Source of the DNA: Nitrospiria bacterium
GTDB lineage: Bacteria; Nitrospirota; Nitrospiria; DASWJH01
DNA: 64,000 nucleotides
Reading direction: 5' to 3'
Assembly (NCBI GenBank): GCA_036397255.1
Contig: DASWJH010000048.1
Location: forward strand, 4,172-68,171
Position 1 is the first letter of the stretch; each line of letters begins with the position of its first letter. The notes beneath the pieces are model-generated. The model ran no database searches, was not told the origin of the DNA, and worked only from the letters and a program-made list of their open reading frames with translations. Below are positions 48,204 to 58,204 of the stretch, in pieces. The translations under genes were made by a program, and so were the position numbers.

Positions 48204-48252
48204 TTTCTTTAATTAGGAAAAAAATCCTCCCCTTTAAATAATAAGGGTTTCC

Positions 48253-49584
48253 CTATAATCGAACAATATGAGGTTGCCGGAACCCTTTTAGAGCGTTTCT
48301 TGTGTCGATAATTAATTGACTCTCCTTAACCACCATTTCATAATCAAAAGATGAATGATTAGTAACGATGATGACACAATCATAATTCTTAATGGGATTT
48401 TTTGAAATGTTTACGGATGAAAGGATTTGATTTACCACGTTTAAACTGGGAACGTAAGGGTCATGGTAACTAAGATTTGCCCCTAGCTTAAATAACAAGG
48501 CTAAAATATCGAGAGCAGGAGATTCTCTAATATCATCTATATCCTTTTTATAAGCTACACCTAGGACCAATAACTTTGAATTCCTGACGCTCTTCGAACG
48601 ATCATTTAAACTTTCGGTTATTTTATTCACCACATGTTCCGGCATCGAGCCATTAATTTTTCCGGCGAGTTCAATAAACCTTGCCTCAAACCCATTTTGC
48701 TTTGCTTTCCAGGAAAGATAGAAGGGATCAACCGGAATGCAATGGCCCCCAATGCCCGGCCCCGGGTGAAAGGGCATGAACCCAAATGGTTTGGTAGCTG
48801 CGGCATCAATTACCTCCCAAACATCAATCCCCAGCTTATTGCTCAATAAGGCTACCTCATTTACCAAAGCAATATTGACGCTTCTAAATGTGTTTTCTAA
48901 TAACTTTACCATTTCCGCAACCATTGTAGAGGATACGGGGATTACTTTTTTAACGATACTTTGATAAAGTTGTGTTGCTAATTTTGTGCAAAAGGGAGTT
49001 ACTCCTCCCACAATCTTGGGTGTATTCTGTATTTGGAATTCTTGGTTTCCCGGGTCAACTCGCTCAGGGGAGAAGGCCAGAAAAAAATCTCTTCCAACTT
49101 TTTTTCCTTTTTCGCTTAAAATCGGAAGCACAATTTCCTCCGTGGTTCCAGGATAGGTGGTACTCTCTAAAATGATCAACTGTCCCTTCCCCAACCATTT
49201 CTTTATTTCTTTTGCCGCAGAAACCACATGTGAAAGGTCAGGATCTTTGGTTTTAACCAAAGGGGTTGGAACACAAATAATGACAGCATCCAACCTCTCA
49301 ATAACCTCAAAGGATGAGGTTGGGTTTATCCTTTTCATTTCAATAAAGGGGTTCAATTCTTTATCCGATACGTCCTGAATGTAAGATTTTCCTTTTTCCA
49401 GCAATTTCACTTTTTGGGTATCAATATCAATTCCGGTAACCGTAAAACCCGATTTCGCGAATTCAAGGAGCAAAGGGAGACCAACATAACCCAAACCGAC
49501 AATTCCGATCTTTGCTTCTTTATTTTGGATTAATCCCTCAAATTCCAAATCCTCAATTTTGGCAGCTTTTAATCTCTTGCTCAT
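48253..49584 (-). CDS. nucleotide-sugar dehydrogenase (UDP-glucose/GDP-mannose dehydrogenase family; likely UDP-GlcNAc or UDP-ManNAc dehydrogenase)
   Basis: KIGIVGLGYVGLPLL is the NAD-binding motif. The catalytic GGHCIPVDP is present (Cys). Confidence 0.8.
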   Translation of the reverse strand: MSKRLKAAKIEDLEFEGLIQNKEAKIGIVGLGYVGLPLLLEFAKSGFTVTGIDIDTQKVKLLEKGKSYIQDVSDKELNPFIEMKRINPTSSFEVIERLDAVIICVPTPLVKTKDPDLSHVVSAAKEIKKWLGKGQLIILESTTYPGTTEEIVLPILSEKGKKVGRDFFLAFSPERVDPGNQEFQIQNTPKIVGGVTPFCTKLATQLYQSIVKKVIPVSSTMVAEMVKLLENTFRSVNIALVNEVALLSNKLGIDVWEVIDAAATKPFGFMPFHPGPGIGGHCIPVDPFYLSWKAKQNGFEARFIELAGKINGSMPEHVVNKITESLNDRSKSVRNSKLLVLGVAYKKDIDDIRESPALDILALLFKLGANLSYHDPYVPSLNVVNQILSSVNISKNPIKNYDCVIIVTNHSSFDYEMVVKESQLIIDTRNALKGFRQPHIVRL

Positions 49585-49645
49585 TTAAATTCCTTTTCTT
49601 GAATTGGATCTACTCACTTTCCTTTTGAGGAACCTCAAAATCAAG

Positions 49646-51040
49646 CTATCGGGCCCCTGCTCCAATGAGAACAATTTTAATTGTTTGGAAAACCACAGTT
49701 AAATCAAAAAACAGAGACATATTTTTTACGTAGAAAAGATCGTATTGTAATTTTTCCAAAGCATCATCGACACTTGAACCATAACGAAATTTAATTTGAG
49801 CCCATCCAGTAATTCCAGGTTTCACAGTATGCCGAATTGAATAATAAGGTATCTTTTCTATTAGTTCCTCAATAAAATGGGCCCGCTCTGGCCTGGGGCC
49901 AACAAAACTCATTTCCCCTTTCAGCACATTGACCATTTGTGGTAATTCATCGATTCTGGTTTTTCTAAGAATCTTTCCCACCCGGGTTACTCGGGGATCA
50001 TCTTTTTTGGCCCAAACCGGCCCCGAAACAGATTCAGCATTTAATGTCATCGATCGGAATTTGAGTAATGTAAATATTCGCCCATTTTCCCCAACGCGCT
50101 CTTGTCTATAGAAAACCGGCCCCGGAGAACCTAATCGAATCAACAGTGGAACCAACAAGAAAATAGGAAAGGCCAAAAAAAGCCCTATGATAGAAAAAGT
50201 TATATCAAATAGGCGTTTTAAAATCTGCAAACTTCGTGGCTTTTTAAACCCTCCTGAAAAAATCAGCCAACTGGGTTTAAGTTCCTCCACGCTGATCTTT
50301 CCGCTGATCTGTTCATAAAAAGAAACCCCATCAATTATTTTAATCCCTTTTACTTTACACTGTAACAGCTCATTCAATGGCAAATTTCCACGACGGTCCG
50401 GCAATGCAACAATTACCTTTTTAATATTCCACTGCTCTATAATTTGGGTTAATTTTTTGTAATCCCCAATCACACCTGGATTAACTATCTTTTTCCCCAG
50501 TTTCTCTGGGTCGTTATCAATAAAGCCAACAATCTTATAACCTAGATCCCTTTTAGTGTGTAGAATTTCACCAACATTTTTAGCAAGACGGCCTGATCCC
50601 ACAATCAATACCGACTCTTTAAACTTCCCTATATCCATAAATTTAAAATAGAGTACACGAAGGGTAAAAAAAATCAGAAAAAGGAAATTAGCTGAAACGA
50701 ATAGGCTCACCCTCCCAATTTCAGCAGAAGGAAAAATATAATAAATAACGACTAAAATAACACACCCTACGCCCAAGGATTGCATCAATCGCAATATCAA
50801 TTTTCTTCCTTTTATTTCTTCATCCAATACATATAAATCGTTGTAATAAAGGCAGAGCTGAAATATTACGGAAATTAAAAGTGCCTTCCAAAAGAAATGG
50901 TCAAAAGAAACCACCGAATCCGATAAAAAGAATTTCCTAAAAGAAATTCCTAGTAATACCACCCCTAGAATAAAAAGGTTTTCAATTATAAAAAAAATCA
51001 AATTTTTTAAGATAACAAGTCGCCCAAATATGTTCAGCAT
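49646..51040 (-). CDS. polyprenyl-phosphate sugar phosphotransferase (WbaP/EpsB-type initiating sugar transferase)
   Basis: It has N-terminal TM helices, a central Rossmann-like domain, and a C-terminal KRLFDITFSIIGL...DELPQMVNVLKGEMSFVGPRPE, the bacterial sugar-transferase signature. Confidence 0.85.
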   Translation of the reverse strand: MLNIFGRLVILKNLIFFIIENLFILGVVLLGISFRKFFLSDSVVSFDHFFWKALLISVIFQLCLYYNDLYVLDEEIKGRKLILRLMQSLGVGCVILVVIYYIFPSAEIGRVSLFVSANFLFLIFFTLRVLYFKFMDIGKFKESVLIVGSGRLAKNVGEILHTKRDLGYKIVGFIDNDPEKLGKKIVNPGVIGDYKKLTQIIEQWNIKKVIVALPDRRGNLPLNELLQCKVKGIKIIDGVSFYEQISGKISVEELKPSWLIFSGGFKKPRSLQILKRLFDITFSIIGLFLAFPIFLLVPLLIRLGSPGPVFYRQERVGENGRIFTLLKFRSMTLNAESVSGPVWAKKDDPRVTRVGKILRKTRIDELPQMVNVLKGEMSFVGPRPERAHFIEELIEKIPYYSIRHTVKPGITGWAQIKFRYGSSVDDALEKLQYDLFYVKNMSLFFDLTVVFQTIKIVLIGAGAR

Positions 51041-51222
51041 TCTAACCCCGAATTCTATTTCAATAAGAATAAAACGTTCACTAGTATCTCTTAAGATTTA
51101 AAATTTAAAAAAAAATTTTATGTAAATCCATTTTAAACCATATACATCAATCATTCCCGCCTGGTTTATGGCCGGATGAAAGGTATACAAAACCAGATAA
51201 AATCTCGACCTTCAAGATTTGC
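51041..51222 (-). promoter_or_regulatory. AT-rich 182-nt intergenic spacer inside the cluster (candidate internal promoter/processing region)
   Basis: It is the largest non-coding gap within the co-directional gene run. It has A/T tracts (aaaatttaaaaaaaaatttta). No defined -35/-10 or -24/-12 element is confidently readable. Confidence 0.2.
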
Positions 51223-52224
51223 TCAATAGGGATACCCATAATATCTTGTGAACCCGGATTCCATTCCGTTCAAAACAATTGCCCACACTTTCTCGGCAGG
51301 AAGACCAGCGAAAGCTTTTAGGACTAAGTCTCTTGGTGTCATTCCTGCCCTAACAACAAATAGGATTCCATTCACCAGTTCCGAAAAAATATTCATGTCG
51401 GCTAATGGTAAAACCGGAGGTGAATCGATAATGATGTATTCAAATTCCATTTCGGCCTGGGAAAGAGCCTCAGCCATTTTTGGTAAACTTAAAAGTCTGG
51501 TTGAATTTTTCTCATTGCTTCCAGCCGGTAACATAAAAAGTTTTTCGGTCAAAAAGGGATAGATACATTCCTCCAATGAATTATTTCTCGCAAGTATATC
51601 CACCAAACCTTTACCACATGGGGATTTTAAATATCGATGAAGATCCGGTTTTTTTAAATCTCCTTCAATAATAAGTGTCTTTTTATTAAAATCCTTGGCC
51701 ATGGTAACTCCCAGGTTTACAGACGTAGTGGTCTTTCCTTCCCCCTTTACAGAACTCGATATTGCAATGCGCTTTTGTTTTCCTTCCCCATTCATATGTT
51801 TGAATCGGGAATATAAAACCCGATACTGTTCACTGGCCATGGACTGGGGTTCCAAAAGTGCGATCGGATGCTCATCCATTTTCCTTTTCCTCTCCCCTTT
51901 TACAATTTCCCTTCTAACATTTAGGTCTTTCCTGCTATTTGAAAGCGTTAAAGCCCGGTGATCTATTTTTAAATATTTAAAATCCTCATCTTTGACCCCG
52001 GCAAAACGGTATGGGCTAAAATGAGCTCCATTGTTTTTCTTATTCATTACCAACTTATAAGCAGTAAGAATTTTTTCAAGGTTCATTTTTTCTTCTGTTC
52101 CGAGAAAACGACCATTTTTAAGACCAATAAATTCCTTAACAGCCAAATCAAAGGCTTTTTGTATTTCTTCCCTATTTGACTCAGGGTTAATTTTCAAAAT
52201 TTTAAAACTTTCTTCTTTTTTCAT
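51223..52224 (-). CDS. BY-kinase (bacterial tyrosine autokinase) cytoplasmic ATPase subunit
   Basis: Walker A is ISSSVKGEGKTTTSVNLG. The C-terminal tyrosine cluster is RYYGYPY. It is coupled by ATGA to the upstream chain-length determinant. Confidence 0.75.
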   Translation of the reverse strand: MKKEESFKILKINPESNREEIQKAFDLAVKEFIGLKNGRFLGTEEKMNLEKILTAYKLVMNKKNNGAHFSPYRFAGVKDEDFKYLKIDHRALTLSNSRKDLNVRREIVKGERKRKMDEHPIALLEPQSMASEQYRVLYSRFKHMNGEGKQKRIAISSSVKGEGKTTTSVNLGVTMAKDFNKKTLIIEGDLKKPDLHRYLKSPCGKGLVDILARNNSLEECIYPFLTEKLFMLPAGSNEKNSTRLLSLPKMAEALSQAEMEFEYIIIDSPPVLPLADMNIFSELVNGILFVVRAGMTPRDLVLKAFAGLPAEKVWAIVLNGMESGFTRYYGYPY

Positions 52225-53735
52225 TCTTTAAATAATTTTGGGTTCAAAAATTTTTTCTGACCTTCTTTTTTTTCCTTGATAGGACGGAATTTTATTTTTT
52301 TATATTTAGAAAATTTTGGAATGGATACAACCAAAGGACCCTTCATGACACCCTCTAAATCCTCAGGTTGTCTGAAACAGGGATTCAACATCTCAATCAA
52401 TAAAGCAAGCCCGAAACCTGAGGCTGCTCCAGCAAAACTTCCAGCAAGCAGGAGCTTTCGAAGATTTGGTTTATATGGTTTTTCTGGTAAATTGGCGGGG
52501 TCAATGATGCGAAAACGCTCCCCTTGTTGCCGTTTTTCGAGATTTTCCGAAAGCCTCGCATTTATACTTTTCCCCAATAGGTTCTGATAATTCCCTTGGG
52601 ACATATCGTAATCTCTTTGGAGTTTTTTAAGTTCAACTTCTAACATTGGCGTACGAGCGACTCTTGTTTCATAGCCTCTAATCTTCTCTACCAAAAGTTT
52701 CCCGGTCACTTCCAAGTCTTTAATCTCCCTTAAGATTTTCTGGTGTTGATCAAGGAGACGTTTGTAATTTTCATTTTCCCGGAGAAAAGGGATATCACCT
52801 GTAGGGTTTGATTTTGTGGTGGATTGGGAAAGCTGAGCCTCCATTTCCCGTATTTGTTTTTTTAAAAGGATGACATCGGGATAATTTTCTTTATATACAA
52901 TCCGAAGATTTTTGAGTTTTTCCCTTAATTGTTGAAGCGGCATATTTGGTTCCTCAATAGAAGACGCTGAATTTGTAGTGAAATTGAGGGCTTCTTGTTT
53001 CAATTTCAAAATTTGATTCTCTAGATCCTGGGCTCGATCTTCCTTTGAATTTATTAAATCTCTGTTGGCTTGAAAATTAATTTGAAGCCGGTCTAAGGTT
53101 CTTAGGTTTGAGTCTATTTCACTCGGCAATCCCCCTCTATTTTTCTCTTTAAACCTTCTGATATTCTCATCAAGGCTGTCCATTTGTTTTTTGGCTTCCG
53201 CCAATTCTTTCTGAAGGAAATTGGTTGTAACCTGGGCCTGTTGTTCCCGGACTTTAAGGTTTTCTTCAATGAAGCGTGAAGCGATTCGATTGGTTACGTT
53301 CATGACTTTTTCAGGGTCTTTTCCAACAAAACTGATCGAAAATGCCTGTTTTCCTACAACATCCAATTGAATATTTTTTTGCAGCTTTTCAACAACCGAT
53401 TCCTTTCCTAACTCAGCAAACTCTTTAGGAAAAAGGTCCAATTCGTCCCGCAGTTTAATTAAATTGGTCCGGCTCATTACCTGCTGGCTAATTGTTTTCA
53501 ACCGTTCCGAAATTGGAGTAGTTACAGTTGATTTAACGTAATCCTGGGGTATTATTTGGGGTTCGACTAAAATCATTGTGGTGGACCGATACGCTTTAGG
53601 GAGCCAATAACTTAGCCCTAGGCTAACCCCCAGGGCTACAATGATTGGAAAAAAGATCCAATATCTACGTCTAAAAAAAACATCAATATATTGGAAGATC
53701 ATCTTTTGAATTTCAGGTGAAAATTGGTTATTCAT
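52221..53735 (-). CDS. polysaccharide chain-length determinant (PCP/Wzz-like, transmembrane activator of the BY-kinase)
   Basis: There is an N-terminal TM helix (YWIFFPIIVALGVSLGLSYWL), a long periplasmic coiled-coil region (KQMDSLDENIRRFKEKN...), and a C-terminal TM helix (LLAGSFAGAASGFGLALLIE). Confidence 0.7.
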   Translation of the reverse strand: MNNQFSPEIQKMIFQYIDVFFRRRYWIFFPIIVALGVSLGLSYWLPKAYRSTTMILVEPQIIPQDYVKSTVTTPISERLKTISQQVMSRTNLIKLRDELDLFPKEFAELGKESVVEKLQKNIQLDVVGKQAFSISFVGKDPEKVMNVTNRIASRFIEENLKVREQQAQVTTNFLQKELAEAKKQMDSLDENIRRFKEKNRGGLPSEIDSNLRTLDRLQINFQANRDLINSKEDRAQDLENQILKLKQEALNFTTNSASSIEEPNMPLQQLREKLKNLRIVYKENYPDVILLKKQIREMEAQLSQSTTKSNPTGDIPFLRENENYKRLLDQHQKILREIKDLEVTGKLLVEKIRGYETRVARTPMLEVELKKLQRDYDMSQGNYQNLLGKSINARLSENLEKRQQGERFRIIDPANLPEKPYKPNLRKLLLAGSFAGAASGFGLALLIEMLNPCFRQPEDLEGVMKGPLVVSIPKFSKYKKIKFRPIKEKKEGQKKFLNPKLFKE

Positions 53736-53752
53736 TCATAAGGTCCTTTATG

Positions 53753-54949
53753 TTAGAAAGACGGAAAAATCGCTAAAAGTTGCATTTGAACCCGGTTTCT
53801 ATAAAGATCTTCACCCAGATTTCCACCAGATACCTGCCGGTTATGGGTATAAGAAACATTTCCAGATAACCATTTGTTAAATAAATAGTTCAATGTTGCA
53901 TTCAATCTAAAAAATTGAATGTCAACCTCCCCCCCCTTTATGGTTTTATTCGTACCATAACTTCCCCCCATTTGACCGGTAAGGAACTGTGTAAAACTCT
54001 TTGAAAGTGATACCCTTACATTTTGATGTTGAACCAAGCGATTGACCAAACCGGTTGACCTAATATCCTGGTTATATGAAAAATTAATTTTAGTATTTCT
54101 TTCCAACAAAAAACCTTTATCGATATTGCCTGAAAAAAAAGGCCTATATTCCTCGGTCCCAGCTTCGGCCAAATGAAGAACTCCCCCCTCAACCTGAAAA
54201 CTAAAAGTGGAGGAAAAAATATGCCTCCATCCCAGAGTGGCCAAATAAGTATCGGAGCTGTCCTCCCCATCAAACGAAACATTTTGATAGCGGGCAGCAA
54301 GGGTCATTGTATCATTTCGAAATAATTGGTAGGCATAGGTAGACTTAAGCGATTGCCCAAAACGATCCACAAGAGTTGGATCGGAATATTCTGTAAGGGT
54401 ATTTGTATATTCTAAAGACGCCTGAGCGCGCCGAGAAAGTTGATATCGGTATTCTGCTCCAAAATGATTCCGAAAGGCCGTGTTTCTCCCTACCTGGGTT
54501 CCATCATCTTCACCTGTAACCACACCGGGGTCTAACTCATAATCAGGTAAATCAGGCGTTATGACAAATCTTTCGGTAAAGGTTAGTTCTCCCCTCTTGT
54601 TAAAACGGTTAAGGAGCCGATCAAGGTTTAAGTCCAACCCCCCATTCTGGTTATAACGATTCAGTTGGGAGTGGTCTGCGTAAACATCCAAACTTCCTCT
54701 ATAGGTTAAAGCCGTGCTCACAAGAGGCCACTGGTAACTGACCCTTAAAGTTGGCGATATAGATGTAATATAATCAGATTCACGGTCAGAACCGCTGGAA
54801 AATATATTGTCATCAAAGGTTTCTGTGAACGACATAGCAGGTTCCACTATCAATTCACCTTTTACAATCTCGCAAGTTCCCATAATTAAAAAACCCCAGA
54901 TAAAAAGAAATAACCCAATAAAAAAAATAAAGTTTCTCATAAAGGCCAA
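53753..54949 (-). CDS. outer-membrane beta-barrel protein (exosortase/EPS-locus-associated OMP)
   Basis: It has a signal peptide and alternating amphipathic beta-strand pattern throughout, and ends ...QLLAIFPSF, a C-terminal Phe OMP signature. Confidence 0.55.
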   Translation of the reverse strand: MAFMRNFIFFIGLFLFIWGFLIMGTCEIVKGELIVEPAMSFTETFDDNIFSSGSDRESDYITSISPTLRVSYQWPLVSTALTYRGSLDVYADHSQLNRYNQNGGLDLNLDRLLNRFNKRGELTFTERFVITPDLPDYELDPGVVTGEDDGTQVGRNTAFRNHFGAEYRYQLSRRAQASLEYTNTLTEYSDPTLVDRFGQSLKSTYAYQLFRNDTMTLAARYQNVSFDGEDSSDTYLATLGWRHIFSSTFSFQVEGGVLHLAEAGTEEYRPFFSGNIDKGFLLERNTKINFSYNQDIRSTGLVNRLVQHQNVRVSLSKSFTQFLTGQMGGSYGTNKTIKGGEVDIQFFRLNATLNYLFNKWLSGNVSYTHNRQVSGGNLGEDLYRNRVQMQLLAIFPSF

Positions 54950-54980
54950 GGCATGGATTATTGGGAAATTTCTAACAAAC

Positions 54981-56039
54981 TCATGGCACCAGAATTGTGT
55001 CTCCCGGTTTTAGAAAAATGTTTTCCATTTCACCACCTGACACAATATCATCGTATTTTACTTTGATCTTGGTTTCTGGGTACTCTTTATAACCCTTTCG
55101 TAAAATAATTATTTTATTTCGGGACGCAAATTGGGTAAAACCTCCTGCTAGAGCTAAGGCTTGTATTACTGTTACATTGCTTTTCAACTGATACTTTCCA
55201 GGATTAACTACCTCCCCCATCAAATAAACCACATAACTATTGATTTCTTGGACAATTACAGTAACCACGGGATTTTCCATATATTCTTTTAAAAGGCCGG
55301 CAATTCTTTCCCGAAGTTGATTGGGTTTTAAACCCGCTGCCGAAACATCCCCAATTAAGGGAAAAGAGATTATCCCATCGGGCCTAACCTTTACTGTTCT
55401 GGAGAGAACGTCATTTTTCCAAACCATTATTTCGAGAACATCTTCAGACCCGATTAAATAATCTTTACCGGATTCGGCTAATGCGTGTTCCCTTTGAAAA
55501 TCATTTTCAGTGGAAAGGGCAAGGGAAACTAATTTATTGCCATCATTCCCGGAAGGGAAACCCTCATCAGTAGCAGAAAACCTGGAATCAAAAATTTCTA
55601 CAATGATTTTTCCTTCTTCACCTCTCACCCGAGTCGTTGCAGAAGGGTTTAGGTTGATTTCAAACTGAACGCCCTCCTTTGGTTTTCGGGTTTCCCGTGG
55701 ATAAATATCCAACACGGCCCCACGGTTAACTACCATCGGTTTGATGTGTTTACCCAGCGTAACCCCTGGAATTTCCAGTATCAGTTGGTGAGATTCTGGA
55801 ACTTTGATGGCTCTATAAAAAAGAGGCCCCTCGCCTTGAATCACCACCTCGGTCACTTCTGGCAAATCATTGATCATAAGATTTTTTATTTGAAAAAATT
55901 CTTGGTGTTGACTGTTTTTTGGACTTGAAGTCCCCATTACACAACCGGAGAATAGGAGATTGAATAAAACACAAGCAATGATCATCTCGTAACGGTTGAA
56001 ACAGGACCACATCTCTTTCCAAAAATTTTCCTTTTTCAC
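54981..56039 (-). CDS. polysaccharide export lipoprotein (Wza-like, Poly_export plus SLBB domains)
   Basis: It has a lipoprotein signal with lipobox LLFSGC. GSEDVLEIMVWKNDVLS...VRPDGIISFPLIGDVSAAGL is the polysaccharide-export motif, and it has a C-terminal SLBB. Confidence 0.7.
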   Translation of the reverse strand: MKKENFWKEMWSCFNRYEMIIACVLFNLLFSGCVMGTSSPKNSQHQEFFQIKNLMINDLPEVTEVVIQGEGPLFYRAIKVPESHQLILEIPGVTLGKHIKPMVVNRGAVLDIYPRETRKPKEGVQFEINLNPSATTRVRGEEGKIIVEIFDSRFSATDEGFPSGNDGNKLVSLALSTENDFQREHALAESGKDYLIGSEDVLEIMVWKNDVLSRTVKVRPDGIISFPLIGDVSAAGLKPNQLRERIAGLLKEYMENPVVTVIVQEINSYVVYLMGEVVNPGKYQLKSNVTVIQALALAGGFTQFASRNKIIILRKGYKEYPETKIKVKYDDIVSGGEMENIFLKPGDTILVP

Positions 56040-56105
56040 CTAAAACTCCTTCTTTATCCGATATTCCCCCTAAAACCGACTGAATTTTATTGCCAAAATT
56101 TTCTT

Positions 56106-56624
56106 TTATTCTTGGGGAAGACAAATCAAATTTCCACCCTCTGCCCGGGCTTTTTCTAACATTTCCTCTGCTTTTGAAATCAGGCTTTCAATGTCATTGG
56201 AATGGGTTGGAAAAGAGGCCCCTCCGATACTAATCGTTTGCTTCCGCTCCATTACCTTCACAATAAAAGTATAATCCTGTATCCGATCTTTAATTCTGTT
56301 TCCAATCTGACAGGTGCTTTGATAGTCTGCATGATGCAGAATTAAGAAAAACTTATTGTTTGCAATCCGGCCTATAATATCCGTTCCCCTAATCTCATCC
56401 CGAATAAGGTTTGCAAATGTTTTGAGCAAAGAATCATCCGAGAACGGAAAAGGCTCTTCCTCCTTCTTCATTTGGTCGGGCTGAATAATCAAGAGGGAAA
56501 AAAAGTAAAGGTATCGAACTGCTTTTCGAACTTCTAAATCAAGAAGGTATTCAAAAAACTCACGATCTAGCGTTTGTGTGACCCGATCCAACACGACATG
56601 CCCTCCTCTCTTTGGAATGGGCAA
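56106..56624 (-). CDS. stand-alone degenerate GGDEF-domain protein (catalytically inactive; candidate c-di-GMP/GTP sensor)
   Basis: YLYFFSLLIIQPDQMKK aligns with the l-DiDhFK region, and GRIANNKFFLIL sits where R-x-GGDEF should be. ISIGGASFPTHS...EEMLEKARAEGGN aligns with the SiGva...AD-aLY-AK--GrN C-terminus. Confidence 0.5.
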   Translation of the reverse strand: MPIPKRGGHVVLDRVTQTLDREFFEYLLDLEVRKAVRYLYFFSLLIIQPDQMKKEEEPFPFSDDSLLKTFANLIRDEIRGTDIIGRIANNKFFLILHHADYQSTCQIGNRIKDRIQDYTFIVKVMERKQTISIGGASFPTHSNDIESLISKAEEMLEKARAEGGNLICLPQE

Positions 56625-56770
56625 AGCCCTTCCATCAGCTCAAGTAAAAACAATCCCAATTTTCAGAAAAACTTCAACTAGTACCTAATACAATTTTTCG
56701 TTTTTTCATTACGGGAAGAATATCGAAAAAATTTTTACCGGGTTTCCCCATTCGAAATCTTAATTTATCC

Positions 56771-58204
56771 TTAATTTTTTTCTTCCCAATCGCACTCTTT
56801 AATTTTATATAAAAGGGCTTTATAGCTAATTCCCAAAATTTTGGCCGTTTCCTTTCGATTCCAATGGGTATCTTGTAGAACTTTTTTAATCAATTCGGAT
56901 TCGGCTTTACGGGCAGCGGTTTTTCCCGTTTTTTTCAGGGAAAAACTAGACGAATCCAGCGAAACAACGGAAGAAACAACCGGTTCGGGGAGGTTTTCCT
57001 CCATCTTTGAAGAAGAAACATTTAAATTATTCTCTTTTTCCTTGAAGTAATTTCTCACAGCAGCATCTTCATTTCCTAAAATAACAATTCGTTTAACCAT
57101 ATTTTCTAATTCCCTAACATTTCCCGGCCAATCGTAATCCAAAAAACGTTTCATATTGTGGTCAGAGATTCCTCTCATTTCACGGTTAAACTGTTGACCG
57201 TACTTTCTAACAAAGATTTCAGTTAAAGTCGGAATATCCTCTTTCCGATCTCTCAGGGGGGGAAGGTGAATACTGACCACATTTAAACGGTAATATAAAT
57301 CCTCCCTAAAGGTTCCTTGGCGAACGGCCACCTCTAAATGTTTATTCGTTGCCGCAATCACCCGCACATCCACTTTAATTTCATTACCTCCCAACCGGGA
57401 AAACTCTCCATCTTGTAAAACCTGAAGAAGTTTTGCTTGAAGAGAAAAAGGAATATCACCTATTTCATCCAAAAATATAGTACCGTGATTTGCAAATTCA
57501 AACTTTCCAGGGTTACTGCGATGAGCCCCCGTGAAAGACCCTTTCTCATGCCCAAATAGTTCGCTCTCCAATAAACCGTCTGGAATAGCTGCACACAATA
57601 CCTTCACAAAAGGGCGATCGACCCGTGTGGAACAGGTATAAAGGGTTCGGGCAACCAACTCCTTCCCAGTTCCACTTTCTCCCCCAATTAAAACCGTAAT
57701 ATCAGTTTTGGCCACCTGGTCAATTACGGTCCTAACCTCCTCCATTTTCCTGCTTGATCCAGTTAAAAGGTGGGGGTGATTATTTTTTGGTTTTACCCGT
57801 TTTTCAGTTTCCTCCTTCTTCATTCCTTCTTGGGGAAGGGAGCTACAAACTTTGCCAATCTTTAAAATAAGATCTTGATAATCCAAAGGTTTTTTTACAA
57901 CTTCAATTCCATCTCGATCGTATAAGTTCCGATTGATTGGAGGGATTTGCTGTAGGTCAGCCAAGAGAATGACAGGAATTCTTTTTCCATGGTTACTCAA
58001 TTGCTTTACCGTTTCTAAGGAATTCGAACCAAAAGGAAGATTAAATAAAATGAGATTGGGGTCAATGGAAACGGCTTCGGAAAGGGTATCTGGGCCATTT
58101 CGGGTCGAAAAAATTTTATACCCAAAGGACGTTAAAAAACTTTTAAGATAACTCTTCATTAATGGGTCATTATCAACAATTAACACCTTAAATTCGTTTC
58201 CCAT
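56771..58204 (-). CDS. sigma-54-dependent response regulator (NtrC family; PrsR-like EPS regulator) with an atypical receiver
   Basis: The receiver VLIVDNDPLM has Asn where the phospho-acceptor should be (LILFNLPF). AAA+ has VLIGGESGTGKELVAR, and GSFTGA is a GAFTGA variant. The C-terminal Fis-type HTH is ETAKILGISYKALLYKI. Confidence 0.8.
   Translation of the reverse strand: MGNEFKVLIVDNDPLMKSYLKSFLTSFGYKIFSTRNGPDTLSEAVSIDPNLILFNLPFGSNSLETVKQLSNHGKRIPVILLADLQQIPPINRNLYDRDGIEVVKKPLDYQDLILKIGKVCSSLPQEGMKKEETEKRVKPKNNHPHLLTGSSRKMEEVRTVIDQVAKTDITVLIGGESGTGKELVARTLYTCSTRVDRPFVKVLCAAIPDGLLESELFGHEKGSFTGAHRSNPGKFEFANHGTIFLDEIGDIPFSLQAKLLQVLQDGEFSRLGGNEIKVDVRVIAATNKHLEVAVRQGTFREDLYYRLNVVSIHLPPLRDRKEDIPTLTEIFVRKYGQQFNREMRGISDHNMKRFLDYDWPGNVRELENMVKRIVILGNEDAAVRNYFKEKENNLNVSSSKMEENLPEPVVSSVVSLDSSSFSLKKTGKTAARKAESELIKKVLQDTHWNRKETAKILGISYKALLYKIKECDWEEKN

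Noticed and set aside
56625-56770. Possible sigma-54 (-24 TGGCAC / -12 TTGCA) promoter between the response regulator and the degenerate GGDEF gene
   Set aside because: Scanning by eye, I could not find a GG-N10-GC element with correct spacing on the minus strand. Without a computational scan, I did not annotate one.
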